A stretch of 64,000 nt of DNA, taken from positions 2,053,838 through 2,117,837 of the forward strand of contig NW_019091362.1 of the NCBI RefSeq assembly GCF_001949145.1, written 5' to 3'. The notes beneath the pieces were generated by a model. It was given only the letters and a program-made list of their open reading frames with translations. It searched no databases and was not told where the DNA came from. Below are positions 40,801 to 52,667 of the stretch, piece by piece; positions within the stretch are counted from its first letter, which is position 1; each line of letters starts with the position of its first letter. Source of the DNA: Acanthaster planci. Taxonomy: Eukaryota. Made by a program: the position numbers and the translations under genes.

Positions 40801-42315
40801 ATCTATATCGCCTCTTGAAACCAACCTGAGCTCTGTATTTATTGCACCGTGAAGCACCGTCGAGTGTTAACCAACCTATGAACCTAGATGCCCAAAATGA
40901 TCGAATTGAAATGAAGGCTAAACGCGCCATCTGAACTGGATCGCTGGTCGGGTTTTATCGTCCATGTACAGCCCGGCTGCTCTGTCCGCCACCCGAAGGG
41001 AAATCTTCATGAGAGGTCCTCCACTGTTCCGCGATGAGGCACTTGATGAGCAGTCAAACGGCTGTTGATTCCCCAGAGGGGCAGAGCAGGAACCTAACAC
41101 GGTCCGCTGCCGAAGTTGCACCGGCGATTCCGCCAGATGGGAAAATATGGGCCGCCCGCCTGTCTTCTAATTTGGAGCAATAGGCACAATTTCATTATCT
41201 TGGCGTCTCCAGTGAACACATGCAACAGCTGATAAAAGGGATAATTAGATCTCTTTCTTTTAATAACGGGTCCATTAGATAAGCTCTTTCCCAGTGCAAG
41301 GGCATTTGAAATGCAAATGAGTGCGAAGACATTTTGCGTCAGTTTTCTACCACAAGCAGGAACTGAGACACGAGTACGTGTAACTTCGCCTAAAACGTTA
41401 CAGCCTTCCACAAATGCTGAAATCATATTTAAAACTGCTATTGTTAGATTTACATAGAACCAATACAAGTGAACAAAAAAACGTGCAATTTGGCTTACAC
41501 CGCGCGCGCAATTTGGAGTTAAAACAGTGATCAAAATTACAAATAGGGCCTACAAAACTACGAAAAGCATCTGGAATGATCATCCAGAAAACGTACCACA
41601 TAATTATGATGTGTAAGTTACTTCCGCATCTGCTTGAAAACATCTGCTTCAATCGCCTTGCTCAGTGAGCAGTCTATATCCCCCCTTAAAGTGCGATGTA
41701 AAAAAAAAAATATGTTGAACAGGATGCAGTACGCCCAGTGGATTATTAGTAGCTGCATATGTCACATATTACATTTCAAGGTGAATCCAAGGTTCTGCAG
41801 GGTATTGTACTGTAACATGACTGTTGCTAAATAAATTTGGGCACAAATTGTTTGAAAGCCATCGAAGGTCTTCTGTGTATCTTCATTACTTTTCCTTTGT
41901 GCTGTTGCAAACCCATCGATCATCCTGTTTCGCCGTTTTTTTTTCTTTTTCTTAAGATGCCGCCAATTCCCTATTCTTCAATTTCCTCAGGTATCGCGTT
42001 TCATTCTTAATTCCAAACTCCAGTTGCTGAGTCACTTTGTACAGCGCAGTCGGGACCCCGTACCTACCGAGCAGGTCACATGATGGTCAATGGAGAGCTT
42101 GGATGGTTTTCTTAGGATTATTTTTCGGGATTTCAGTATCCAAACAGCGAAATGATCTCTTGATATTTAAGCCGTGTCATTTGACTACTGTTAAATCTCC
42201 AGGAAAGCAGGCATAATATGTGATGAAGAATGGCCGCATCACAGGCCTGACAACAAAAAATAATGTACTTTTTTTTACAGTTTGCTGCGACGTTCGTGCT
42301 GTTGTTTGTTGGCTT

Positions 42316-42338
42316 TTTGGTTTGGTTTGGTTTGGTTT
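42316..42338 (+). repeat. (TTTGG)n microsatellite next to poly-T
   Basis: Four tttgg units followed by T-runs. Confidence 0.8.
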
Positions 42339-43322
42339 AGTTTTTTTTTTTTTTGTTTTTTTCTTTGGACATATCATATCAGTACCAACAACCTTTCGAT
42401 CTGAAGGCTGTGAAGTCAGTACTGATCAAATATTATCACAACAGAACTTTGAACACATGGAACTAGAGAGGAAGTATAACGATTATCTTCTATTGTTTCG
42501 AACCTGAATATTGCTGGATAGAAAGATTAATTTGGGGGATTTTTCATATCCAGTGTTGTCTTTGACTTTTAGGGGATCATTCTATCGACCGGGAATATTT
42601 TGTAAAGCTGGTAGTAGGTTAGCTACTTGTAGGTAATTTTGTAATCATAAATAAAGGATCAAAATGTTTTTGAATTAAGCTAACTTTGATATAAATTAGT
42701 AACAACGAAATATATTGTTCATATTGAGTCCCAGTAATGTCATTCATTTACGTGTTTACACATTTATGCCACGACATTATTCCAGAAATTTAGAAATCGA
42801 CATGTGCGTCAATCTTTTCTCAATGCAATATTTTTGCCAGCGTCTACACATTCGCCAGTTTTCTTGATTTCCCCAGCAAACAAATATAAAACGGCAATTT
42901 CTGGAATCCTTTCCAATTGAATAGGTGTTTATTTTACAAGGAAAAACAGAGATTGACATTATTGTATATTAACAAAGGTGTCCAGTGTGAAAGTAAACCA
43001 AGTTTATGCCTCACTGTTCATTAACAGAGCTCTAGAAGTGCCATCCCACTTGTTGACCAATTTTGTTTCTTGGGATAATGACACCATACAGGCAAGATGT
43101 CAACATCTTATGATAATTTATCACGGGATGAACGACATCGCAAAAGTTGGATGACGACATCCTGGGAGATTTTATCACGGGATGACGACATCCAGCAAGT
43201 GTGATGTCTTTTTCACTATATGTTCACATTTTCACTAACACACGGCAAAACATCATGACGTTTTATCAATTTAATTAATGTTATAAAAAGTATAGGAAAA
43301 CTTGCGGAGCACTGATGATAGG

Positions 43323-43518
43323 TTATGTGGGGGAAAGGTAAGAAAAAAACAGTGCTCACCGGTTTGTGCAGGGGTAGATTTTTTGGCCCCATAGTTGTTT
43401 GGTTTGAATGTAGATTTCAGTCCCCCCGCAGCTCCGATGAAGGCCCAGTGGGGCCAAAAATTCAGTACCCGTACAAACCGTTGAGCACTGTTTTTTTTCT
43501 TACTTTTCCCTCACATTA
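43323..43518. mobile_element. Inverted-repeat element of about 195 bp (MITE-like), nested in the 43025-43868 element
   Basis: Arms of about 65 bp: atgtgggggaaaggtaagaaaaaaacagtgctcaccggtttgt...tttttggcccca and its near reverse complement tggggccaaaaa...acaaaccgttgagcactgttttttttcttacttttccctcacat. Confidence 0.75.
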
Positions 43519-43536
43519 GTTAATATCATGCATGTA

Positions 43537-43609
43537 CGGAGCTCTCTGGAAGTGCCATCCGACTTGTTCAGAGTATCTCAACAAGTTGGATGGCACTTCC
43601 AGAGCTTCA
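43537..43609. mobile_element. 73-bp mini-MITE hairpin with TA flanks, same TIR family as its host element
   Basis: ctctggaagtgccatccgacttgtt and aacaagttggatggcacttccagag are 24/25 complementary. TA at 43535-43536 and 43610-43611. Confidence 0.75.
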
Positions 43610-46600
43610 TATTGCGTAGGCAATAGGAGAATAAAGCTTTAACAAACAATGTCACCTCATGCTACCTGTGCGTTTTCAAGATGGTTTGTCAATGCACCCA
43701 TAATCCACTTTTACGATGTACGATGTCTTCCTGTGATCAATATTGTCTCAGGATTTCGTTATCCTATGATAACTTATCAGAGGATGTTGACATCTTGCCA
43801 GCATAATGTCGTCATCCCTAATAAAAAGTCAGGATCTCGACAAGTTAGATGGCACTTCCAGAGCTCCGTACGCATTAGATGATTAAAGTCAGCAATATTT
43901 TTGTTTAGCTTACCTTTGATTTACGGACCAAGTAAGCTGTACTGTATGCGGCAAACGCTGGCAGATGGTGAACACACAGACCACCCCCAGATTACTTATT
44001 TGTCTGCATTAGTTTTATTCGCTCAAGTCGAGGGGACCGGTTACGCGGAGCTATTGTTTTGCAATGGGTCCGTGTTCGAAGGAACTGAAGAACGTCCTAG
44101 CAGCATTGGCAACCATTCAAGCACTTGAATTAAAATCCCCCCTGCTTTGTGCAAGATCCAGCTATAGAGAAATTACAATAAGTCGTAAATAGGGGCCTGA
44201 TCGTTCCATTTATAGCCAGACGGCGGTAAATTGGGCGATTCGTCTTCTTCTAGTTCTTTCTATTGTGTCACCTTTTTTCTCATTGCGTCTAAATTCATTG
44301 GAAGTAAACCGTCTGCGACTAATGGGAGAGTCGGCTCCGAAGCTCAACAGTGCATTGATTGTGTGACAGGCTGCTTCGACCACGCTACCACAACTAGCAA
44401 CGAACCACCATGCCACTACCATGCGCTTACGCCGCGGTCTCTCCTGGGAAGACAGTTCTCAGTGATAATTGAGAGGGAGTACGAAAGATTCTGGTCTGGT
44501 GCCTGCCGTGCACGGGGCGTAACAGTTACTCGATGACCATCATCTTCGATGACGACGCTGTGGATGGCAAGACGTGGCAGACTTAACCCGATGCCGCTTG
44601 CTCAAAGTTGAAGAGGGCACAGGATGAAACGCATTTCCACGCAATACAATCGTCATCGACATTAATCGTCCCATCCCGAGAAGTTGCATTATTTAGGGCA
44701 GCTAATGCATCATAAGACCTCGAGGAGTCGAAGTCAAGCGGAAGCGAGGAATTGAACGTTTTAGCACGGGTAAAAAGTCTGGTGAGTACCAGTGGAAAGA
44801 CAGTGAAATGATATAAAAATCCCTAAATCGAAAACGAATGGCAGCACCGATGCGTTGGCGAGCGAAGGTAAAACGAAGTGTTTTTTTTTATAATACAGAA
44901 GCATGGAAGACACTGGCATCGGGGAGAAATTTGGGGATGCTAATTTTTCAGACTCTCATATCGCGCTTGATTTAACCTTTCCTCCTATTTCCAACACCAA
45001 ATGTAACTAATCGAACAAGGAAGCTGAGGAGATGGGACGCGATCTCCAAGAAGTTAAAAGCACTTTAGGAAACAAATATAGCCCCACGCAGGCTTCCTTG
45101 GTGCCTTGAAAACCAGTAGGGACGCATTAAAAGTCTTTTAGTGCTCACTGGAGAAATGTCTCAGATATTGCAGCTAAAAGATGTCCTGAGGCCCTCGGTT
45201 AGAGTCTGGAAACAGATCTTGCAATGTAAAGGTCTCATGTTTATTTTATCGCATGAACTTTAAGATAGGCCTTTTCTCTGTCAGATGGACACTAATGGAC
45301 CTTTTAACCTATACCCAAATGACCATTTATTAGTTTCAATTCCATAATTTTGTGGATGCTTCATAGGGCCCTTTTGATTTTCTTTGAAAAGTAGATAGAA
45401 AAGTAACTTTAAAGCAAGTCGTGTAAGGTGCTTAATATCACTGAAATCTTGAAAATCTACAAATTTGTTTTAGTTTGCGAGGGGGTATTTGACAAAAAAA
45501 CACTCGAGAGTTTGTATATTTTAAAATGGTATAGGAGTTTGTATGATACTTATACAGTTATAAATATTGATATCTCCAACAATTTGTCCAATTTATACAC
45601 CATGACGTGTTCACAAAGTAGAGTTTTTGTTTTCACTTTAAAGGGGTCTCATTGAAATTCAAATTTTTATTAGAAAAAGTCATTCATTCTGTTGTAAATG
45701 CTACTTCACAAGTTGTAGAAATTAAACCCAGACTAAGTGCATTTCTAATGGTTCTGTGACCACTCACAATTATAATGTGCGAAATTTTGGCGAAACATTT
45801 CGCATTGAAATGCTTTACCAATCATCATGTTCGTTCTCACTAATGTCTGTTAAATCATATGTTTGAAGCATTTTGTGCGGCAACGTGACTTGTGCATTGA
45901 ACTAGCTTAGCGAGGACAGATCAAAAGAGTGCGCCTTTCACCTCCCTGAACACGCCCACACAGTTGTAACCGCATCCAGATTTCAATTACAGCGAGAAAG
46001 AAACTGAAATTGGAGTGGTGGAATGAATATCTATCTTCTTAAATTGCATTTTGCCAGGATAGGATCATATCAAGTAGATTTTAAAGGGATTTTTAAAACC
46101 GCTATTTCTTTCTCGTTTTAAATTATTTTTTAATATTTTTTATTCACTATTCATATCAATTTTGATTGATTTGATTTTATTGATTATCAATTTTAATTCT
46201 GTTACAATCATGGTAGTTTGGGTCGAATTTAAAGTATCAAACAAGGCTAAAAAAGAGAGATGATAAAAAAACACTCTGTTTCTTCTCAGCACGAAAAAAG
46301 CTGGACGGTGGTAATTATCCACATATCGGTAATTCAGGTTACTTAGTCTGTTGAGAGACTGGCATATGCCTCTCCTTTGAACACATCTATTTTGTCCCTC
46401 ATCGATATATCCAACTTCACTTTCCGAGCGCGGGGTTTCATCAAAATTTCCAATTCTGCTCTGAGTCACAGATTTCAGGAGTAAAGTCCAGGAAGGTTAT
46501 GATACTTTCCTGTGCCCTTTGCCTGCCCTTTTTGATACCCCTGAAAACGAAGCGCCATGTTGAGTACATCTTCGTGGCAGTCATTTGCATAATACAGGCC

Positions 46601-49600
46601 AACATAATGACTGCTGTGAGTGGGGGATGGGATTTTCGGTGACAGGACATTTGATATATCGATGGCGACAAGTTCAATTTTGTTACTGAGAGTCTATGGA
46701 CATTTTGGCAGACAATGATCCATAAGGCACTATAGATTCTGCGCCAGCCTGTTCTGGATGCCAAGATTGAAACTTTTTTAATATCATGGGCTTTCAAAGT
46801 CGGCATGTATGGAGACCCCGAGAAAGCTATAAGGGCAGTCTTCTTACGTGTGGTTTGTGTCCACGGAAACATTGGTGGATTTATAGAGTTTATTCTATGA
46901 GATTTAGGAACGTACTGTTGTCAGACAAAGAGGTTGGTAATTAATATATCTACGCTTTCTACCTATTCCAGTGTCGAACGACGGGTACAAATATCTATTG
47001 CACTATTAGTACACGGAGCATTTCTAAATACAAAACGTTTGTTTCTGTTTTCTTGAATGTGTCACATCTGAAGTGTCCATTTGTTAATTTGCATGTCGTT
47101 TTTGGCGTTTCTGTCATTCATTTTATCTATTCTGTATATGTGTTTCATTCTGTTTTGCATATGCTACGATGATAATTGGATCATGCGCCTCGTGTGGAGT
47201 TTGGGCGGACGTTACCTGTGACAATTTGTAATATCCAGTGAAAAAAAAATTGATCTAAAAACTTTGCATTTTGGTTATTTGTTGATTTGATTTTCCTTTC
47301 CATTGTTACATGGTGAGAGAAATGATGCCCATGTTCCTAATACATCAAACAAAAGGCGTCCTCTGACTAAAGTATAGTCTAGTATTACGCCGCTCAAAGA
47401 CATTAATGTCATCCAGTCTGAAGACGTTAAGCAAGTTTTACTCTCTCTGAAACATTGTCATGCAGGCTATCTATCTGGCATAGATAGAGTTGAGAGCATG
47501 TTTAAGTATAAGATTCCTTCTCACACAGAAATTTCTATGCAACTCATGTGGAATTTCATTTCCGTTGATCATGCATGATTAAAAAAATGACACGTGATCT
47601 CCCTATTGAAATAATGTTACCGTTGTGGACGGCGGAATTGTACGGCAATCAAATTTTCATACACTTTCTGTAAGTCTGAGAGATTATCGCTTGAATCCAT
47701 GTTTCTTTTCACTTTCGTCTCAGAATGCCCACTGAATCCCTCGACGGACTAAAGTCGTGATTGAGTGGTGTAAAAGGTACAGACGAAGACTAGGCTAAAG
47801 ACTCCGCTAGAAATGGTGAGTTATTGGTTTAAATTTGTCAGAAAAGAAATTGTACCAAGAGAATCGCGTTCCGAAAAAGTAGGTACTAAGAATTGTTTTA
47901 CTGTTAACTGCACACGAATAGGCACCCGACAAGCAGTGTAATGGAGTTTGACTACGTGACTCCATCGTGCAAAATTGCAGTTATAATTCCATTTAAATCG
48001 GAAAACATCATGTGGAAATTGCAAAAATGGACGGCTGACCTATTAACTCAAGTGAGCCATTGCTGAGCTTCAGATTTGAGTCTCCTTTATTGCAACATGG
48101 CCATCCTTGTGATCGTCTGTTTGAAACGTACCTTGTTGGTACTCTAAAAACGCGCTGTTAAGTGTGTGTACATTGGGCGGGTCATTTTAATAATTACAAA
48201 TATATTTTCATCTTCGGCAAATGATAAACGGCAAGCGATAACCAAGTAAGCCATTAATCAAAAGTCATTGGACGCCTCAGTTAATTGCCGCCTACCAAAT
48301 CAGGGTGGGACACATCGTAGGTTACGTAAGATGCACTTACGAAGCCTGTAATCAAAGATAATCTGATATCTAAGTTCCCCGACAATATAAATCAAAAAAA
48401 CTCGGCCGCTCATCTTGTATGCGCGCATAGCCTACCGTGCAAAATGTGTCCAGTAATTATCGAATTCCTCTCCCCCAAAAAATAATTGGCAGCCAATGGG
48501 TTAAGTGGAAAATCGACGGAATGCTTGTACAGTATGGGGAAGGCACTGTAATTGTCTTGGCACGTCTGGCATAACCGGTTGGGAGAAGAAACAGGTATTT
48601 ACTGCTTAAGCTGTCGAGGAAAAGACCGTCCTGAAAGGATTCTCTAATCTTCAAAGTGAAATCATAACGTAAATATGGTACGGCTGTCAATTTATTGACC
48701 ATGACCACTAGAGCTTGGCATAATGTATGCTCACTGAGCGAAAATGGCATCAGAGATAGGTCTCGCGCCATAATTTTGGCCTATTCAAGACCGCAAAGAT
48801 GTGTAAGGCGCAAAGAGCTGTACGCCACGCGCAGCCACGGGCCATATAACACCACAGACAGCCATAGGTGGCAGTTACAATGCAGTCACATAATTGCCAA
48901 TACTGCAAATCGGCACCACTGCACCAGAGACATGAAGGGTTTCGAGATTTTTCACAAGCAAACAGATTATGAATCCGAATTTAGGTATTTAACAAAAACC
49001 TGGTACCATTCCTCTGCCTTTACCTAGCCCCTGAAAAGGAAATCGGAAATATTTCCTCGGTCCTTAAATTTGCATGACCTCCGCTTTCGGTGCTTTATGT
49101 TGGACCTGCCACTAATGACAAATATCTTTTTAACTTTTTGTTTCAACCGAATTTTAAGCATTAGAGTATTTTGTATATATAGACCAACTAGAGACTTCGG
49201 TGTTGATTGTGCGTCGGCCAATCATGACTCCATTTCATTTCCAAAACATATAACTGAGTATATAGCTTCAAATAGAGGCTCACGGCGAATTCAGTAAATT
49301 TCATTACGGCTTTAGCTAGCTTTTGTAAGGGAAAAAACCAGCGTCGTAATTTCTTCCTTTGCTTACCGAAGTCAAATGTATTCTTCTACCTCTGTGATCA
49401 ATCTGTAAACCATGAAACGAATAGAATGCTCTCCGAGGGCCTGTGTCAGTATTTATATGTACGCTTATCCATTTCATTACGGCACAGGTATTTTAAAAGC
49501 ACTTAAGTGGATCAGGTTCCTGACAAGCATCAATACACACTGTAATATCGGCACTGCTTGAAAAATAATTTTGGCTGGATTTCTGAAATTACTGTTACGA

Positions 49601-52090
49601 CCACTTATAAATGCAGCACACCATGAAAGGGATTTTTCTTTGGCTCTTTGGTAACTGGGAAACAGTGTGTATTTGTTTGAGTGTAATCTGCACGAAGAAT
49701 GGGGCGTGTGACCTTTAGTTGTGACTTCAAAGCATTGATATTTTTGTGACTTCTACTTGCTAGCGCAAAATGACACCCAGAATTTGTGGGTGTGTTTTTA
49801 GTACGGTGCTGCGAATTTGACTTATGCTTTTGGCGCCGTAAAGGTACGATTGGGTTAAATGAAAACACAAATACGAACCTAACTCTGATTTCCAAACGAA
49901 AAGCACTGTTCTTTCTTTACGGCACGCGGTGACGAGGGGAGAGATTTTGGAGTAATACAATGTACGATGGTGTGCTCTTGCAGGACTCAAACATACGACC
50001 TCTTTCACTTGATGGTGGTCACCCCGTATTGCTTAACACAGGTTAAGCAGGAGGTCTTAGGTTCCAGTGCCACTAGAGCAAATCTAGGACGTTGTGTCTG
50101 TAAATGGTGAACCACAATGTCAGATTATTTTGATGTAAATCCTTGAAGAGTTACAGATAATCGATCTACGGAGGACACGCTTACTTTGGGTTTACTAACA
50201 TCAAAACAAGCATAGAAACGTCTGACAACCATCGCGTATATGGAAACGATTTTTATTTTTGATGCCGAATAAAGTATCCTTGGAATGTCACCGAGAACTA
50301 TTTTCGGTTTGTCCATCTGTAAAGAAGAAACAAGTCATATGTCAGAGTGTTTGAAACCTCAGCAAGCTTCAAAATAATTCACAAAATAGCTTCCACAAAA
50401 GTAAATTGCAAAAATCTTTTTAACTAAACAATGATTAAAGGAAAGTTACCTTAAGCCAACCTGAAGGTTATTTATGAAGCAAATACAGGTCATAATTCAT
50501 TTCACCGAGTCTTAATTCGTATATTTCATTTCCTTTACTCCACACCGAGTTCAGGCCATGTTTGTTTATACCTTATTGTGTGGCCCATGTTTAGGTTTTA
50601 ATTTAATAAACATACGTAAAAGTCATTTCCTCGACGGTAAATAAATTGTCAAAGAAAAGAGAGTCAACCATGTTATACATATTTTTAAAGAGATCAAGTG
50701 GGCTTTAAGATTGGATTTTTGCTGTAATAAAAGTAAGTTCAGAGGGTAAGACTTCAAAAGGCTTGTATATTCTTGTGTAAACAAATGGGTTTCTAATTTA
50801 GTATTTATGGGAATGCGCAAAGGGGCTTCGCAAAGCCGTAATTCTCGTGGACGGAAAGTGACAAATTGAGCTCGTGCGTCGTGTTGATGTTAAACAAAGC
50901 CATCAGTTTTCTTTTTCGTACGTTGTCTTGACGAAGAAGGGGGGACATCGTTCCCCCATGTGCTGGAATGTACAGTGGGAATAATTAAAAAATGAGAGAA
51001 ATTCGGATTTCCTCTGGCCATACAAAATCGGTCAATTAAGTTGAAATTTGTTGTGTTTCAATGAAGATAAGCCCAGCCTTCCAGCGTTGGCCTCTACACT
51101 TTGACCGGGGGTCGAGAAACGTAATAAGTAATATTTGCACTCAATTACACCTGTTCCAATTTTAACAGAACACGCCTTTCTTGAATCCACATAGGATTTT
51201 ATTTTCTTTCATGCTTTGTGTGATTGTGGAAAATCTGCTGCGACAATATTGGGAGCAGCAATCGGGCACTTCAAAGAGCGTGGCCGGGGGCCCCCAAGTA
51301 TATTCCTCCGCGAGAGGGAAATTCTCACCCCGAATGAAAACGCAATTAGGGACTACTGCACCGGATTTATGGTCCCTGTCAGTGGTCGTTCCTGCTCACT
51401 TATCCGGAGAGAAACTGACAGGGCAGATACGGGGGCCTCTTGTAGAGTGTTGACTCGTCTTTATTGACCATAGAATTGGGGTTATAAAGGTGTTTGGAAA
51501 ACTGCCATTGATTTGCTTAATATTTGCCAAGGGTTTAGCGAGCCGGGTTTTTTTTCGTAATATTTCTCCATTACCGCAGGTCAACGGACTTGAGAGGATC
51601 AATGTAGTCCAGGCTCTTTGAGGTCAGTGGCTTTTGTGGATTCCAATATGGCGGCCGAAGCCAATTTCTAGCGATTGGTCCCTGATGATACCTGATGCAT
51701 TGGTCCCTCACTTTCATTTTAATAACGGGTTTTGCCCTTACCCGACGTATACAATGTGTTTTTGAAAAAGGAAACTGAGATTTATTTGTTAATATCTTGG
51801 ACATGGTTAAATATTTTTGGAAATTGGCATTCATCATTTATTAAGTAATGATGTCCTCTTTCTTACGACACCAAGAAATCCAAGTTACTGTCACAGATGA
51901 CTGAATACAAAACAGTTCAATCAACCATGTCAGAACTGGTCTTACACCAGATACATGTTTTGGTGAAAGAACCTTGTCTGCCCAGTGCAGGGCTTTTGAT
52001 GGGCCTCCAAATCATGCAATCCTCAACATGTTATTTCGTTGCACGCTCCTTAAAAGTTTGACAGGCTGTTCATTTTCTCAGACCGGCAAA

Positions 52091-52667
52091 ATACAGCTTA
52101 CAACTTAGCAGCGTGTGTTTGTGGTAACAGAGTGGTTGGGGACTGGAAGCCCCCCAGCAAGTAGCATGTAGCAAGGCTGTCCTTGAGCAGTTACAAAGAA
52201 ACCAGCACGTGTCTGCCAGGAGATGGGCCAGGAATTTCGCCCTCTTTTTTCCACAAGATCGTTCGATTGGACACCCAATGGTACCCTCACAAGATGCACA
52301 GGCGACGCGAACTCCTTGGTGCAGATCTACCCAGACGACTAAGATTTTGCCAGGGGTTCCTTGACTGGCATCCCAGATTCTTGGAGCACCTTGTGATTGG
52401 GGACGAAGCAGCGTTTTTCCTGTATGGCCAAGTCAATAACCAGAATTTCCGCGAATACGCTCCAATACCCCACCAACTTCAGTTTTGATGTGAAAATGAG
52501 ATTTCACTTCAGATAGTTTTGTGTGGAGATGGCACCGTCATTGGACCCTGTTCTTTGGTGGCAGTCTCAATGGTGAACAGATAACAACGAAATTGCATCA
52601 CAATTACAGCAATACTTTGAACACTACGGTGGAATGTTTCGCCACTTATGGTGGGCCCATAAGACGC
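52091..52667 (+). mobile_element. Decayed Tc1/mariner-superfamily DDE/D transposase fragment
   Basis: Translated pieces: QLTT*QRVFVVTEWLGTGS (N-terminal HTH-like); GISPSFFHKIVRLDTQWYPHKM...D..RRLRFCQGFL...FLEHLVIGDEAAFFLYGQVNNQN (first catalytic Asp at 52402); LCGDGTVIGP/FFGGSLNGE; and FRHLWWA (before the expected QDGA motif). Interrupted by stops, frameshifts and deletions. Confidence 0.85.

Larger units (their letters stand above)
43025..43868. mobile_element. Non-autonomous DNA transposon (MITE) with imperfect TIRs of about 110 bp, containing two nested elements
   Basis: Left end cagagctctagaagtgccatcccacttgtt...ggcaagatgtcaacatc is the inverse of the right end gatgttgacatcttgcc...acaagttagatggcacttccagagctccg, which is followed by TA. 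Confidence 0.75.

Noticed and set aside
41960..41996. Recursive splice site (polypyrimidine-CAG|GTAT)
   Set aside because: No evidence that a + strand intron spans this position, and the donor is weak.
43090..43110. miR-31-like sequence AGGCAAGATGT
   Set aside because: Only the first 11 nt match contiguously, it lies in a MITE arm, and there is no pre-miR-31 hairpin.
44231..44536. 101-aa Cys-containing ORF
   Set aside because: Non-ATG start, no domain-like Cys spacing, and no phase-consistent exon partners.
46996..47005. miR-92-like TATTGCACTA
   Set aside because: The match ends after the seed region and no complementary arm is visible.
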